Below, piece after piece: positions 50,465 to 61,740 of a DNA stretch of 64,000 nt (positions within the stretch are counted from its first letter, which is position 1; each line of letters opens with the position of its first letter). The stretch is from Hypanus sabinus. Taxonomy: Eukaryota. The stretch is from NCBI RefSeq assembly GCF_030144855.1, contig NC_082715.1, positions 146,134,001 through 146,198,000 of the forward strand, in the 5' to 3' direction. A model generated the notes under the pieces. It saw only the letters and a list, made by a program, of their open reading frames with translations. It had not been told where the DNA came from and did not search any database. Made by a program: the position numbers and the translations under genes.

Positions 50465-50720
50465 TAACAGTTAGAGCGACACTCTCACAGCTCGCGGTAG
50501 TGGAGTTCGGAATTCAATCTCGACGTCCTCTGTAAAGAATGTGTATCTTCCTCTACGTGAACGCGTGGGTTTCCACCAGGTGCTACGGTATTCCCCCACT
50601 TTCCAAAGATTCATATTATAATTTGCCCTGCGATTAGTCTAGGATTAACAGGTAGGTTGCCTGGCTTTGCGGCTTATTGGGTCGGAAGGGCATGTTAATA
50701 CATAAAAAATAAATAAAAAT
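50465..50720 (+). mobile_element. tRNA-derived SINE (HE1/V-SINE-like)
   Basis: ggaattcaatc..ctgtaaagaatg..gcgtgggtttccaccaggtgctacgg core and A-rich end. Confidence 0.7.
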
Positions 50721-51034
50721 TTCAGGTGCTGTCTTGCTAACATGGGGTGTGCGTGCACTATTGATTTATTTACCAATATAATCAAAGCCTCTTGCTTTAA
50801 TTTATTGTTTTAATCGATTGCTTTAACTTTCATTTCATGTAGATGGTTAGAAACGACAAAAGGGACCGCAGGGCCTGCTTCTATAGCTTTCTAACTGGCT
50901 TTGAGGCTGTCCGTGAACTTCAGTATTGAATGCTATTTACGTACAAACGTTTGTATTTTTATTGCCTGCACGATTTGTTTTTTTTTAAATGCACAACGGG
51001 TGTTCAACGGTTTTCCTTTTTAATGGGTTCTATT

Positions 51035-53433
51035 TTCCTAGAGCAAGGGGTTTAGATGGGGTAGAGTTTGTTAGGTGTGTTCAGGAAGGTTTCTTGACAC
51101 AATATGTAGATGAACCTACAAGAGGAGAGGCTGTACTTGATTTGGTATTGGGAAATAAGCCTGGTCATGTGTCAGATCTCTCAGTGGCAGAGGATTTTGG
51201 AGATAGTGATCATAATTCTATCTCCTTTACAAAAGCATTGGAGAAAACAAATAAGTTAGAAAAACGTTTAATTGGAGTAAGAGGAATTATGAGGCTATCA
51301 GGCTCATCAGGCAGGAAATTGGAAGCTTAAATTGGAAACTGATGTTCTCAGAGAAAAGTTCGGAAGAAATGTGGCATATGTTCAGGGGATATTTGTGTGG
51401 AGTTCTGCATGGGTACGTTCCAATGAGACAGGGAAGTTATGGTAGGGTAGAGGAACAGTGGTGTACAAAGGCTGCAATAAATCTAGTCAAGAAGAAAAGA
51501 AAAGCTTACAAAAGGTTCAGAGAGCTAGGAAATGTCATAGATCTAGAAGATTATAAGACTAATAGGAAGAAACTTAAAAGACAAATCAGAAGAACCAGAA
51601 GAGGTAATGAGAAGGCCTTGGCGGGCAGGATAAAGGAAAATCCCAAGAAAATCCTCTAACTCTTCACATACTTGTACTCTTCACATTCTACGAGTATGTG
51701 AAGAGTAAGAGAATAAGACGTGAAAGAATAGGACCCATCAAGTGTGACAGTGGGAAAGTGTGCAGGGAACCGGAGGAAAAAACAGAGGTACTTAATGTAT
51801 ACTTTACTTCAGTATTCACTATGGAAAAAGATCTCATTGTAGTGATGACTTGCAGCAGACTGTAAAGCTTGAGCATGTAGATAGTAAGAAAGAGGATGTA
51901 CTGGAGCTTTTGGAAAGCACCAAGTTGGATAAGTCGACGGGACCAGATGAAATGTACCCCAATCTACTGTGGGAAATGAGGGAGGAGATTGCTGAGTCTC
52001 TGGCGCTGATCTTTACATCATCAAAGGGGACGGGAGAGATTCTGGAGGATTGAAGAGTTGCCGATGTTGTTCCTTTATTCAAGAAATGTAGTGGAGATAG
52101 CCCAGTGAGTCTTACCTCAATGGTCGGTAAGTTGATGGAGAAGATCCTGAGAGGTTTTATGAACATTTGGAGAGGTATAATATGACTAGGAAAAGTCAGC
52201 ATGGCTTTGTCAAGGGGAGGTGGTACCTTACGAGACTGATTGAATTTTTTGAGGATGTGACTAAACACATTGATGAAAGAAGAGTAGTAGATGTAGTGTA
52301 TATAGATTTCAGCAAGGTATTTGATAAGGTACCCCATGCAAGGCTTATTGAAAAAGTAAGGAGGCATGGGATCCAAGAAGACATTGCCTTGTGGATCCAG
52401 AACTGGCTTGCCTACAGAAGGCAAAGAGTGGTTGTAGACGGGTCATAGAGGTGCCTCAAGAATCTGATCTCGGACCCTTACTCTTCGTAATTTTTATCAA
52501 TGATCTGAAGGGATGGGTTAGTCAGTGTATAGTGGATAGTGTTGTGGATAGTGTGGAGGGCTGTCAGAGGTTACAGCGGGACATTGATAGGATGCAAAAC
52601 TGGGCTGAGAAATAGCAGATGGAGTTAATCCCAAATAAGTGTGAGGTGGTTCGTTTTGGTAGGTCAAAAATGATGGCAGATTTTAGTGTTAATGGTAAGA
52701 CTCTCGGCCTTGTGGAGAATCAGAGGGTTCTTGGGGTTCGAGTCCATAGGACGCTCAAAGCAGCTGAGCAGGTTGACTCTGTGGTTAAGAAGGCATACGG
52801 TGAAGGCATAAGAAGGCCTTCATCAATCATGGAATTAAATTTAGGAGCCGAAAGGTAATGTTGCAGTTATATAGGACCCTGGTTGGACCCCACTTGGAGT
52901 ACTGTGCTCAGTTCCGGTCGCCACACTCGAGGAAGGATGTGGAAGCCATAGAAAGGGTGCAGAAGAGATGTAGAAGAATGTTGCCTGGATTGTGGAGCAT
53001 GCCTTATGAGAATAGATTGACTGAACTCGGTTCTTTCTCCCTGGAGCACCGGAGGATGAGAGGCGACCTGATAGAGTTGTATAAGATGATGAGAGGCATT
53101 GATCGTGTGGATAGTCAGAGGCTTTTTCCCCCAGGGCTGAAATGGTTGCCACAAGTGGACACAGGTTTAAGGTGCTGGGGAGTAGGTACAGAGGAGATGT
53201 CAGGGGGAAGTTTTTTGTGCAGAGAGTCGTGAGTGCGTGGAATGTGCTGCTGGGAACGGTGGCGGAGGCTGATACGATAGGGTCTTTTAAGAGACTTTTG
53301 GATAGGTACATGGAGCTTAGAAAAGTACAGGGCTATAGGGAAGCCTAGGAGTTTCTAAGGTAGGGACATATTCGACACAACTTTGTGGGCCGAAGGGCCT
53401 CTATTGTGCAGTAGGTTTTCTATGTTTCTATGC
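51035..53433 (+). mobile_element. CR1 LINE, 5'-truncated, 2.4 kb, nested in a Rex1/Babar-like 3' tail
   Basis: ORFs 50989-53348 (FLTQYVDEPTRGEAVLDLVL, KSQHGFVKGR..LIEFFEDVT, YRTLVGPHLEYC); (TTCTATG)n tail; TTCTATT at 51028-51034 and 53434-53440. Confidence 0.95.
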
Positions 53434-53599
53434 TTCTATTGGATCTCTTTGTTTTGTGGCTGCTTGTCAGGAAATGGATATCAATGTTGTATATAGTAAA
53501 CGCTGATCATCAAAATACTTTGAACTTTGGAAGTTCAAATGCTCTGGTCCTTCTCGTGTTGTTGAGGATGATTATGTTCGGGCCCCTGCAATTTCTGCA

Positions 53600-54240
53600 A
53601 TTACCTCTCATAGAGTTCAAGGGAACACTGTGTTAAACCTGAGGATTTATCCTCCATAATTTGCCTCAAGATAACAAACACCTCTTCTTCTGAAATCTGC
53701 ATTGGGTCCACGACCTCGCTTTCGTTTTGCCTCATTTCTATAGGTTTTGTGTCCGTCTCTGGAGTGAATAGAGTTGCAACAAAAATAAAGATTGAAGGTC
53801 TCCCCATCTCTTCTGGCTCCACGCACAGATTAGCATTCTGATCTTCCAGAGGACCAGTTTTGTCCCTTGCAATCCTTTTCTCATAATATATCCGTAGAAG
53901 CCTCACTCACTTTACAAACCTCAGACCTTCTTATGGCTTCCTGACTTCTTTCTTAAGTGTTCTTTTGCATTTCACTTACTCCAGATGTGCCTCATTGGTT
54001 CCTACCTGCCTATAGCTGCGATGATCTTCCTTTTTCTCCTTCGCTAGGGCCTCAATATCTCTTGGTAACAGAGGTTCCCTGAACTTGTTATCTTTAATAT
54101 TCAAGATTTTTACTCTCAAATTTCAACTTTTGAAGGCCTCCTACTTACCAGGTACACATTTACCAGAAGACGGCCTGACCCAATCCACATTTTCCAGATC
54201 CTTTCTGATACCATCAAAATTGACCTTTTTCCAATTTAGA
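53600..54240 (-). mobile_element. CR1 LINE internal fragment
   Basis: ORF 53601-53906 KRIARDKTGPLEDQN..LCVEPEEMG..EEEV..L...KSSG. Confidence 0.8.
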
Positions 54241-55283
54241 TAGACATAACCAACAAACTGTAAAGATGCGAATAAGAGGAAGTAAAAAGAAACCGATGTA
54301 TGCAGTGGATGTCACCTTGCATTCAATCGTTGATTGCCATGAGTTATTCCCCATTAACAGTGAATCAATAGTCTAAGTTACTTTAACGAGGAAATAGACT
54401 GGCGTCAATAATATTTGTATGCAGAGTTTTCCGTGGTTTACAGCTCTGTGTATTTCAATTATTTACCTTGTATTTTACAGTCTTTTTTCCCAACACCATC
54501 TCCTGCAAAGTATTCCACGATCAAGTTATGCAGAGTTATTCTTTATTGGCGCCTTGCTTCGCCTGTTACTTACGTTAGTGTCTTACGGGTACAAATAATT
54601 ATGCCATAAATATTTCGCCTTATATTTAAATTTATAATAAAGGACAATTCAGAAAGTAAATGTCTTTGTCAAGCTTACCCTCAAAGCCCTTCTCTGAGCG
54701 AATCACTTTTTAACTAGTCCCTTAGCTAACATAAGTATTTGTGTCTTGACAATATTACGAATCCGAATATATGCTGTGTGCCTGGCAACCTAGTTAAAGT
54801 AATAAACACAAATGCATGATCAATATATTTGATTCTGTAGGTTAAATCACCTGTTGTCATCACCGAATACAGTATAGTATTTTCAGCAGGTCGTATATTT
54901 TTGATTTATTCTGTTACTTTCTCGCTTACTCGTGGCGCTTGGAAACATCTCAAAATAACTGAGACATTCAAGCATTTTTGGATTTTTCGTTAAAAATCTA
55001 CTTAATTGTAACGATCACGCATGATCACAGTGTGCGGTACAGACAGCTGGAGCTAATGGATAGGTCCCTTTATTGAAGGATATCGGGGTCGTTGCAAAGT
55101 TAGTAAGGTGATTTAGACTGGCACGTGTAAAAGGGAGGCTAGAAATTTATACAGATTAATTGATTTGTAGCATGGAGTTCTTGAGGTGTTTATGCAGTTA
55201 CAGATGCAAGTTAGTGAAGCTACTTCTGAAGAACTCCACGTATAACGTGCAAAATTACTGTCGGTTTGTCAGTCAATGCCGCC

Positions 55284-55366
55284 ATTTGCATCTGGGAAAT
55301 CATACGAGATGGCAACCTGAATACAGCTGCTCAATTACGTCTCGTAATATCAGGGTTAATTTGCAT
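55284..55366 (+). promoter_or_regulatory. Ig promoter of cluster 2 with two octamers
   Basis: ATTTGCAT at 55284-55291 and 55359-55366; the proximal one is 117 nt upstream of the ATG. Confidence 0.8.
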
Positions 55367-55483
55367 AAATGTAGAGCACATAATCACGTGGTCCTCTTCG
55401 TTGCACTGATAAGGCAAGGAGAGCCGGCCAGCGATATATTCTGGCTGCAAACCGTCATATACCAGAACGCATCCGAGTTCACG

Positions 55484-55526
55484 ATGTCCGGGAGGGTGGG
55501 TGTCATCTTGATAATTTGCGCAGCCT
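55484..55526 (+). pseudogene. Leader exon of IgL cluster 2
   Basis: MSGRVGVILIICAA t|GTAAGT, phase 1; 101-bp intron to the V exon. Confidence 0.9.
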
Positions 55527-55627
55527 GTAAGTACCTAATAAAAGTTATTTGGATTTTCCGAGCGCTTTCATGTTACAGAAAATTAATCACATGAAGCCTG
55601 CCATCTAATATTGTTTTATTTTTCTAG

Positions 55628-55977
55628 ATTCAAATGCAGAGATCACATTAAATCAGGAGGGATCGCTGTCCGTTCAGCCGAGAGGAACTGTGAAGATCGG
55701 CTGTAGAGTGTCGGGCGCCAACTTGGGAAATGATGACATAGGATGGTATCAGCAGAAACCTGATGGCGCTCCCCGATTTCTCCTCTATCATGATCTCAGC
55801 CGGGACGTAAAGGGTACTGGCAGTCCCGATAGATTCTCTGGAAGCTCTCAGTCTTCGAGCAACGCCTCATTTTAAACTATTAGCAATGTTCAACCGGAGG
55901 ACGACGCCGATTACTACTGTGGCTGGTGGAAGTCAAGCGCGTTGCACTTCGGCGGAGGCACCAAGTTGACTGTAACA
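55628..55977 (+). pseudogene. Germline-joined V-J exon, lambda-like Ig light chain, cluster 2 (disabled)
   Basis: [78 protein letters not shown]; TAA at 55873-55875; donor GTAAGC at 55978 is phase 0 but the C exon needs phase 1. Confidence 0.93.
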
Positions 55978-56129
55978 GTAAGCAGCGCTTATTGTATTTG
56001 GTGCAGTTGAATTTCTTTATTATTTAATGGATCCTATTTTTAAAAGTCATGAAGTCAATTCGATTATTGGTGCAACTATTAGGTGAAGATGGCACTTAGA
56101 ATTTAAACTATTTTGTGATTTTATTTGGT

Positions 56130-56468
56130 TGGTACGGTGGAGATACGTCTCTACCAAAGGAGGAATAATGCGTTTCTTCCCTCTGCTAGCCTGCACGTTA
56201 CCCTTGAGCAAGGTATATTACCGACTCAGCTCCCTGATCAGGGTTACGTGAAGCCATGAGTGCAAGTGGTGGATGGACGTATAATCAGAATTTCTGATTA
56301 TGCGACCACTGACGCCAGACAGATAATCTCTTGGCTTGTGAAGATACTGCCAAGAAGAAGGGGCAATGGTAAACTACTTCTGTAGAAATATTTGCCAAGA
56401 GCAATCATGATCAAGGATAAGACCATGATTGCCCATGACATACAGCATTGCACATAATGCCGATGATG
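56130..56468 (+). mobile_element. SINE-like element with RTE-type 3' tail
   Basis: 3' part gaaggggcaatggtaaactacttctgtagaaatatttgccaag resembles RTE/Bov-B-associated tails; ends in a (gat)n-like tail. Confidence 0.5.
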
Positions 56469-58249
56469 CGTTTGCCTGCATTACGCAGCATTCTGGGAGT
56501 AAAAGCTTTATTTTCTATTAGTCTCACGTTTCATGCAGAAGCTGTCAACAGAATAATTTGCAGCTCTTAATAATATCAAAGCATCGCACATGGCAAAATG
56601 AGAAAATATTTAAGTTAGGGACATGAGGAACTTCTAGCAGGAAAAGTAATTTTAGATAAAATATTTAAGTGATGCGTGTTAATTTTAGGGAATTCCTTGA
56701 ATCCTCAAAGCACAAGAGGCTCTGTGAATTTGTGTTATTTTCGGGGAAGGGGACAGTTAGTGGTGGAAAGAAGAGGCTGTTTGATTCAATGAAATTGAAA
56801 GGGATAGCGAGAACAGATGCTACCTGGCTTGCTGAGATTCTCCAGTGGTTTGTGTATGTGCCACTGTAGTTAGAGCAGGGGAGGTACCCTAGGATAAGGG
56901 GATATCCACCAATTCCTGTCCGGCTGAGAATTAGAGTCCGGCAACCAAAATCTCCCCCAAATCTCCCAAACCAATTCAGAACTTAAGGATGAATTTCGAA
57001 CGCTCGAAATTCATGTCGGCTTTGCATCAGATTTTAACATAAGAAAGGGAGTCAATGACTTAATTCCATCAGTAGAAAAGAGGCAGAACTCTTTCGGAAT
57101 AATCTAACACCAGCATATGTTCATTAATTTTAAGCATAAGACTACTGAGATTTATTTCTTGCAACTTAATTCCATCTATACCTACTTTAACATAACACTG
57201 GATACCATGGTTAGTTTGAAATCAACACCTACAGTTAAACACTGAGCACTGATGGAAGTAAGTACATTATTGTTACAAAATGGTTTGAAGCGAACAATTG
57301 CAAGTTTCTATCATGTATTCGGATGATGAACACAGAAACCATTGACTTTCCACGGAGCTTTCTATCATCTTACCATAGAGTCCTGCGGTATGGTTGTCAT
57401 AAACAATGCAAACATTGAAAAGCTTACATGACGCGAATTTTCTTTGTTGTTGCGTTAATATTAATCAAAATAGCCTGCACGAACATTAAATTATTTGCAT
57501 TAAGGCAATGTACATTTGTAGCAATCATTCAGCAGTTATCTTGAAAGGGCAAGCTCCCGGATTTGGGCTATTTTTGCAGACATTGACTGCTGCATTGGGT
57601 TTTCATGGCTGCCACCTCCTCCCTCTGCTTTGTATGATCAGAATGGGTTTCTCAAGTAATCAATGCCACAGGGTTCAGGTTACATTCCCTATATTTACAC
57701 GGCACCGTTTCTGACCTGGGAGTATTTGACCGAGTTGTGCGGAGGGAGATTTAGTTTGCATCTGAATCTTGAGGTACTTTGCTAAAAATGTTTCATGCGA
57801 CACAGAAGAAGTTAGTGCATGAATAAAATACAGAGTAAAGCCAATTAACTACCCTCCATTATTAGCTCTCCATATTTGCAAGAACTAAAATTCATTCCCG
57901 TACGTTCTCTTCTCAAACCTCCAAGGAAACGAGTATGATGAGTTAAAAACAACTTCATTTCACATAATATCCTGATAAATACTGGTAAGGCCGGGATATC
58001 ACGAGTTAGATAGAAAGAAACGCTCCTAGACTGCCCGTCCGTTCGTATCAATCCTCAACAGGTTATGGGAATTCTGCAGTAGCACCGGACACTGAAACTA
58101 TATATAGAATTTAGTTAAGTGCTTCACTGTTTCATCTCCAGCCTCAGAATCAATCTCCTTTTAGGACATGAGGCTTGGCAAGCGATTGAAGGAGCGCTTT
58201 GGGACCAGTCATCATGAATCTATTAGTTTATAAAGTATTTTTGAAAAAA

Positions 58250-59800
58250 AAACAGATGTGAGCAGTTCACAGGGATCAAAGTAAAATTTGATGGGATTGG
58301 GCCGGGACTCTTCAAGAATTGATTCGGAGAAGCCATTAGCAGGTACAGTGAAGTTCGGCAAGTCTGAGGCTTTTGAAAGTGACATACGGAGAATTCAGGA
58401 CAAATATATTCCTGTCAGAGTATTGAGGTTCTGCCCAGGACACAGAAAAGGCGATGTGAAGCCAATTGGATCAAGCAAAAGCTGTTGGGAAAATAAAGAA
58501 TTTAGGAATCCAGTTAATGAAGAAAATAGGAGCAAATTTGGACAGATCATTAGCAGATAAGTTGATCCGAAGAGATTGTTTAAATATATTAAGAGCAGAA
58601 AGGCAGCTAAGGAGAGAAAAGGTCCACGTAAGGATTCGTTTGATCGTCGATATGTGGAGCCTCAGAATACTGACATGGAATGAAATGAATACTTACAATG
58701 TATAGTTCTTTAACATGGAGAAGTCATAGAAGCGAGGAAATTCAGCGACGAATAATGCGACGTCCTGAAGCATAATGATATTATGGAAAATGGACTGTTC
58801 ACGGTTTTGAGGAGCGTAACAGTTGATAAATCTCAGGACTTTGCTCTCTGTACCCTTAATCATGTAGAAAGCTTGGAAATAAGTTGCTGAGATCTTTGCA
58901 GAGACTTTTGTATCTTTGTTAGCCACACGCATGTTTTCAGAAATCTAAAGTTTGGCTAATGTATTATTTTTACTTGAGAAACTGCACGGATAAGCTAAGG
59001 AACTACAAACCGGCGACCCTAACATTACTCGAGGGGTACTACAGGTGATTCTGCGAGACAAGCTCTATATACATTTGGAAAGGCAAAAAATTAGGAATGG
59101 TCAGCATGATTTTGTGTGTGAGAAATCACGTTTCCGAAACTTATTTCGCTGTATTGAAAAGGTGACCAAAACAATTGACGTGGGCAGTGCTGTAGTTGCT
59201 GACCACATGGAATGGACGCCGTGAATTATAATGAACGACTGGGATAAACCGGGATTGCTGTCCTTTCAACGCAAAGGGGCTGAAGAGTGACATTAGAAGA
59301 ATATTAAATCGTGACGAGAATACATAGGGTGAACGGTGAACGTCTAAATAACCCCTCCCAGACTTCCAGACGGGTATAGGTATCGCTTTTAACCGACGTT
59401 TCGATGACAAACTCTGCCATCTTCATGAAGTGTCGGTTAAAATGGATACCGGTACCCGGCAGGAAACCCGAGAAGGGTGTACTCGTCATATACGCCGGGG
59501 AAGCACCAGATCCTTTTTGGTCAAAGTCTATTTCCCATCGTCACGGTGCTTAATACTAGAGGGCATGGGTTTAAGAAGACGGAGGAAAATTAAAGGATAA
59601 GTGTTTTTTTCGCAAAGGTGGTGGTTAAATGGCAACACGTGCCAGATGAAACGATAAGTTTTGCAACAGTTACGAAGCTTAAAATACGTTTAGAGATGTA
59701 CACGGATAGGTAATGTTTAATGAGATACAGAGCAAATGCAGGTGGTGGGTCCAGCTCAAGAAGACGCCTTACTCGGTATCGACGAAGTCGGAGAAGAACT
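58250..59800 (+). mobile_element. Highly decayed CR1 ORF2 with a Penelope-derived insert at about 59300-59510
   Basis: CR1 remnants (cagcatgattttgtg, ctagagggcatgggtttaag); insert contains gacgtttcgatgacaaactctgccatcttcatga. Confidence 0.65.
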
Positions 59801-60584
59801 TGTTTTCTTGTTGTATAACTGTGACTCCAAGATGTGGCTCGTGTTTCTATAGGGTGTTGATCGCCATAGAGTTGTAAATGTGTTTATGGATCAGTTATTG
59901 CATCAGTGGCTCTTAACTCCGGATTGCACAGCAGAGGGAGATTGTTCGAAAGTTTCCATTTCTGCGTTCATCGCATGGGATGGGGAGAGAGCTGAAGCTG
60001 GAAAGTGTATGTGATGCCGCGCGAACTTGGAAGTGTGCGAATAGCGCTCCATGTTTACTCAGGTATCCTGGGTGATTTATTTAAGACCCTTGCAGCAGAG
60101 CGACCCCCAGTCTTCTTGTATCGTCATGCATTTAGATCATGACATCTCTCTGTGAAGACCGCGAGGTAGCAGCTCTGCAGCGGATAAAGTGAATCACTCT
60201 CAGATATATGGACATTCGTTGACGTGGACAAAAATATTAGGAATTGTAACTGGAACTGCGCAGCCTATTCTAGTGTGGGAGCGTGTCAGTAATTCAGCAA
60301 TTGCAGTGCAGCTATGTAATTGAAATATTACTGAGTAAGAAACATTTTCCTCTTGAAATAACCTCACAGGTCGTATTCAGTCACCGCACCAACCTGATGC
60401 CGATGGGTGAACACGCATTCGCCACCGTTGTACAATGTCAATCTATTTTTTCCCACTCGTCTTCTGTGTTGGACTTGAACACTCAATTTGCCATCTGAGA
60501 GGCCGCACGTCAAGCCACTAAGTACTAAATGATTCAGATACGATTTGTTATCGTTCTTTAATATGGACTTTTTTTTCATTCCAG

Positions 60585-60901
60585 GTGGAAAGTTGACCCG
60601 TCCTACGATTACTCTTCTTCCACCCGCGTCAAAACAGATCACCGTAGGACAGAGGGCGACTCTGGTGTGTCTGGTCAATAATTTTTCCCCTAGATCGGCG
60701 GAGGGTTCCTGGGAAATGGACGGCAATGCCGTGAAGGCTGGTGTCCTGACAACTCGAACCGTCCAGAATAGCGACCTCAAAAGTTATCTCACCCTGACCG
60801 CCTCGGAGTGGAACTCACACGAGGAGTACACTTGCGGGGTGACACACCAGTCTCTCGGGTCTCCACTGAAGCGAAGCATTCAGAAATCGGGCTGTACGTA
60901 A
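60585..60901 (+). pseudogene. Ig light-chain constant exon, cluster 2
   Basis: T-tract ccAG acceptor, phase 1; GKLTRPTITLLPPAS..ATLVCLVNNF..SW..SYLTLTASEWNSHEEYTCGVTH..KSGCT*; lacks 4 codons (QTYS) relative to cluster 1 C. Confidence 0.93.
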
Positions 60902-61065
60902 GAGAGAGCCGGCAGGCTGGGTGCGTGGTGTTACTTGTGGTCGGGGACAGCAGCGTTCTATGATTGTTTCCTTTCTATTGGCGAGCGGCTTTCGAAAAGT
61001 AGAACTTCAACAATATTTACATTTCAAGAAAATAATCACTTTGGAGTCATAGAATCTTTTGTTTA

Positions 61066-61076
61066 AATAAAATAAA
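61066..61076 (+). terminator. Polyadenylation signal of IgL cluster 2
   Basis: Overlapping AATAAAATAAA about 165 nt after the stop. Confidence 0.7.
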
Positions 61077-61198
61077 ATATAATATAATATTTTTCTTCTG
61101 GCAACCTGTATATTTTGTATGTCAACAGTTGAGCATAAACAGTGGAGGGGCGCCTGTAAATCCCTAAGTACATTGAGATCACGAACGCCATCTTTTAA

Positions 61199-61740
61199 CA
61201 TAGAAACATAGAAAAAGCTACAGCACAATACAGGCCTTTCGGTCCACAAAGCTGTGACGAACATGTCTTCACCTTAGAAATTACCGAGGGTTATCCATAG
61301 CCCTCTATTCTTCTAAGCTGCATGTAGTTACGCAGGAGCCTTCTGCGTAAAAAGACATACCATAGAACTATAGAACATTACAGCACAGAAACGGGCCTTT
61401 TGGACCATCTTGTCATCTCCCCTGCACCTCCTTCCAAGCACATTAAAACTATTCAATCTCGTGTTAGCCATTTCATCCCTGGGGAAAAAGCCTTTGACTA
61501 CCCAGACGATCAACGACTTCCATCATTCTATACACCTCTATCAGGACACCTCTCATCCTCCGTCGCTCCAAGGGGAAAAAGCTGAGTTTACCCAACCTAT
61601 TCTCATAAGACATTCTTCCCAATCCAGGCAACATTCATGTAAACCATCTCTGCAGCCTTTCTATGGTTTCTACGCTCTTGCTGTAGTGAGGCGACCGGAA
61701 TTGAGAACAGTACTCTAGTGGGGTCTGGCCAGGGTCATCT
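61199..61740 (-). mobile_element. Two adjacent CR1 3' fragments
   Basis: Two (catagaa)n tails at 61199 and about 61360, each followed by reverse-complement CR1 3' sequence. Confidence 0.8.

Noticed and set aside
36863-60901. Joined V-J genes as processed (retro) pseudogenes
   Set aside because: Leader-V and J-C introns and octamer promoters are present; no polyA tail or TSD
61142-61155. GGAGGGGCGC as a distal CTCF site closing the IgL domain
   Set aside because: 5' half of the motif mismatches the consensus at several positions
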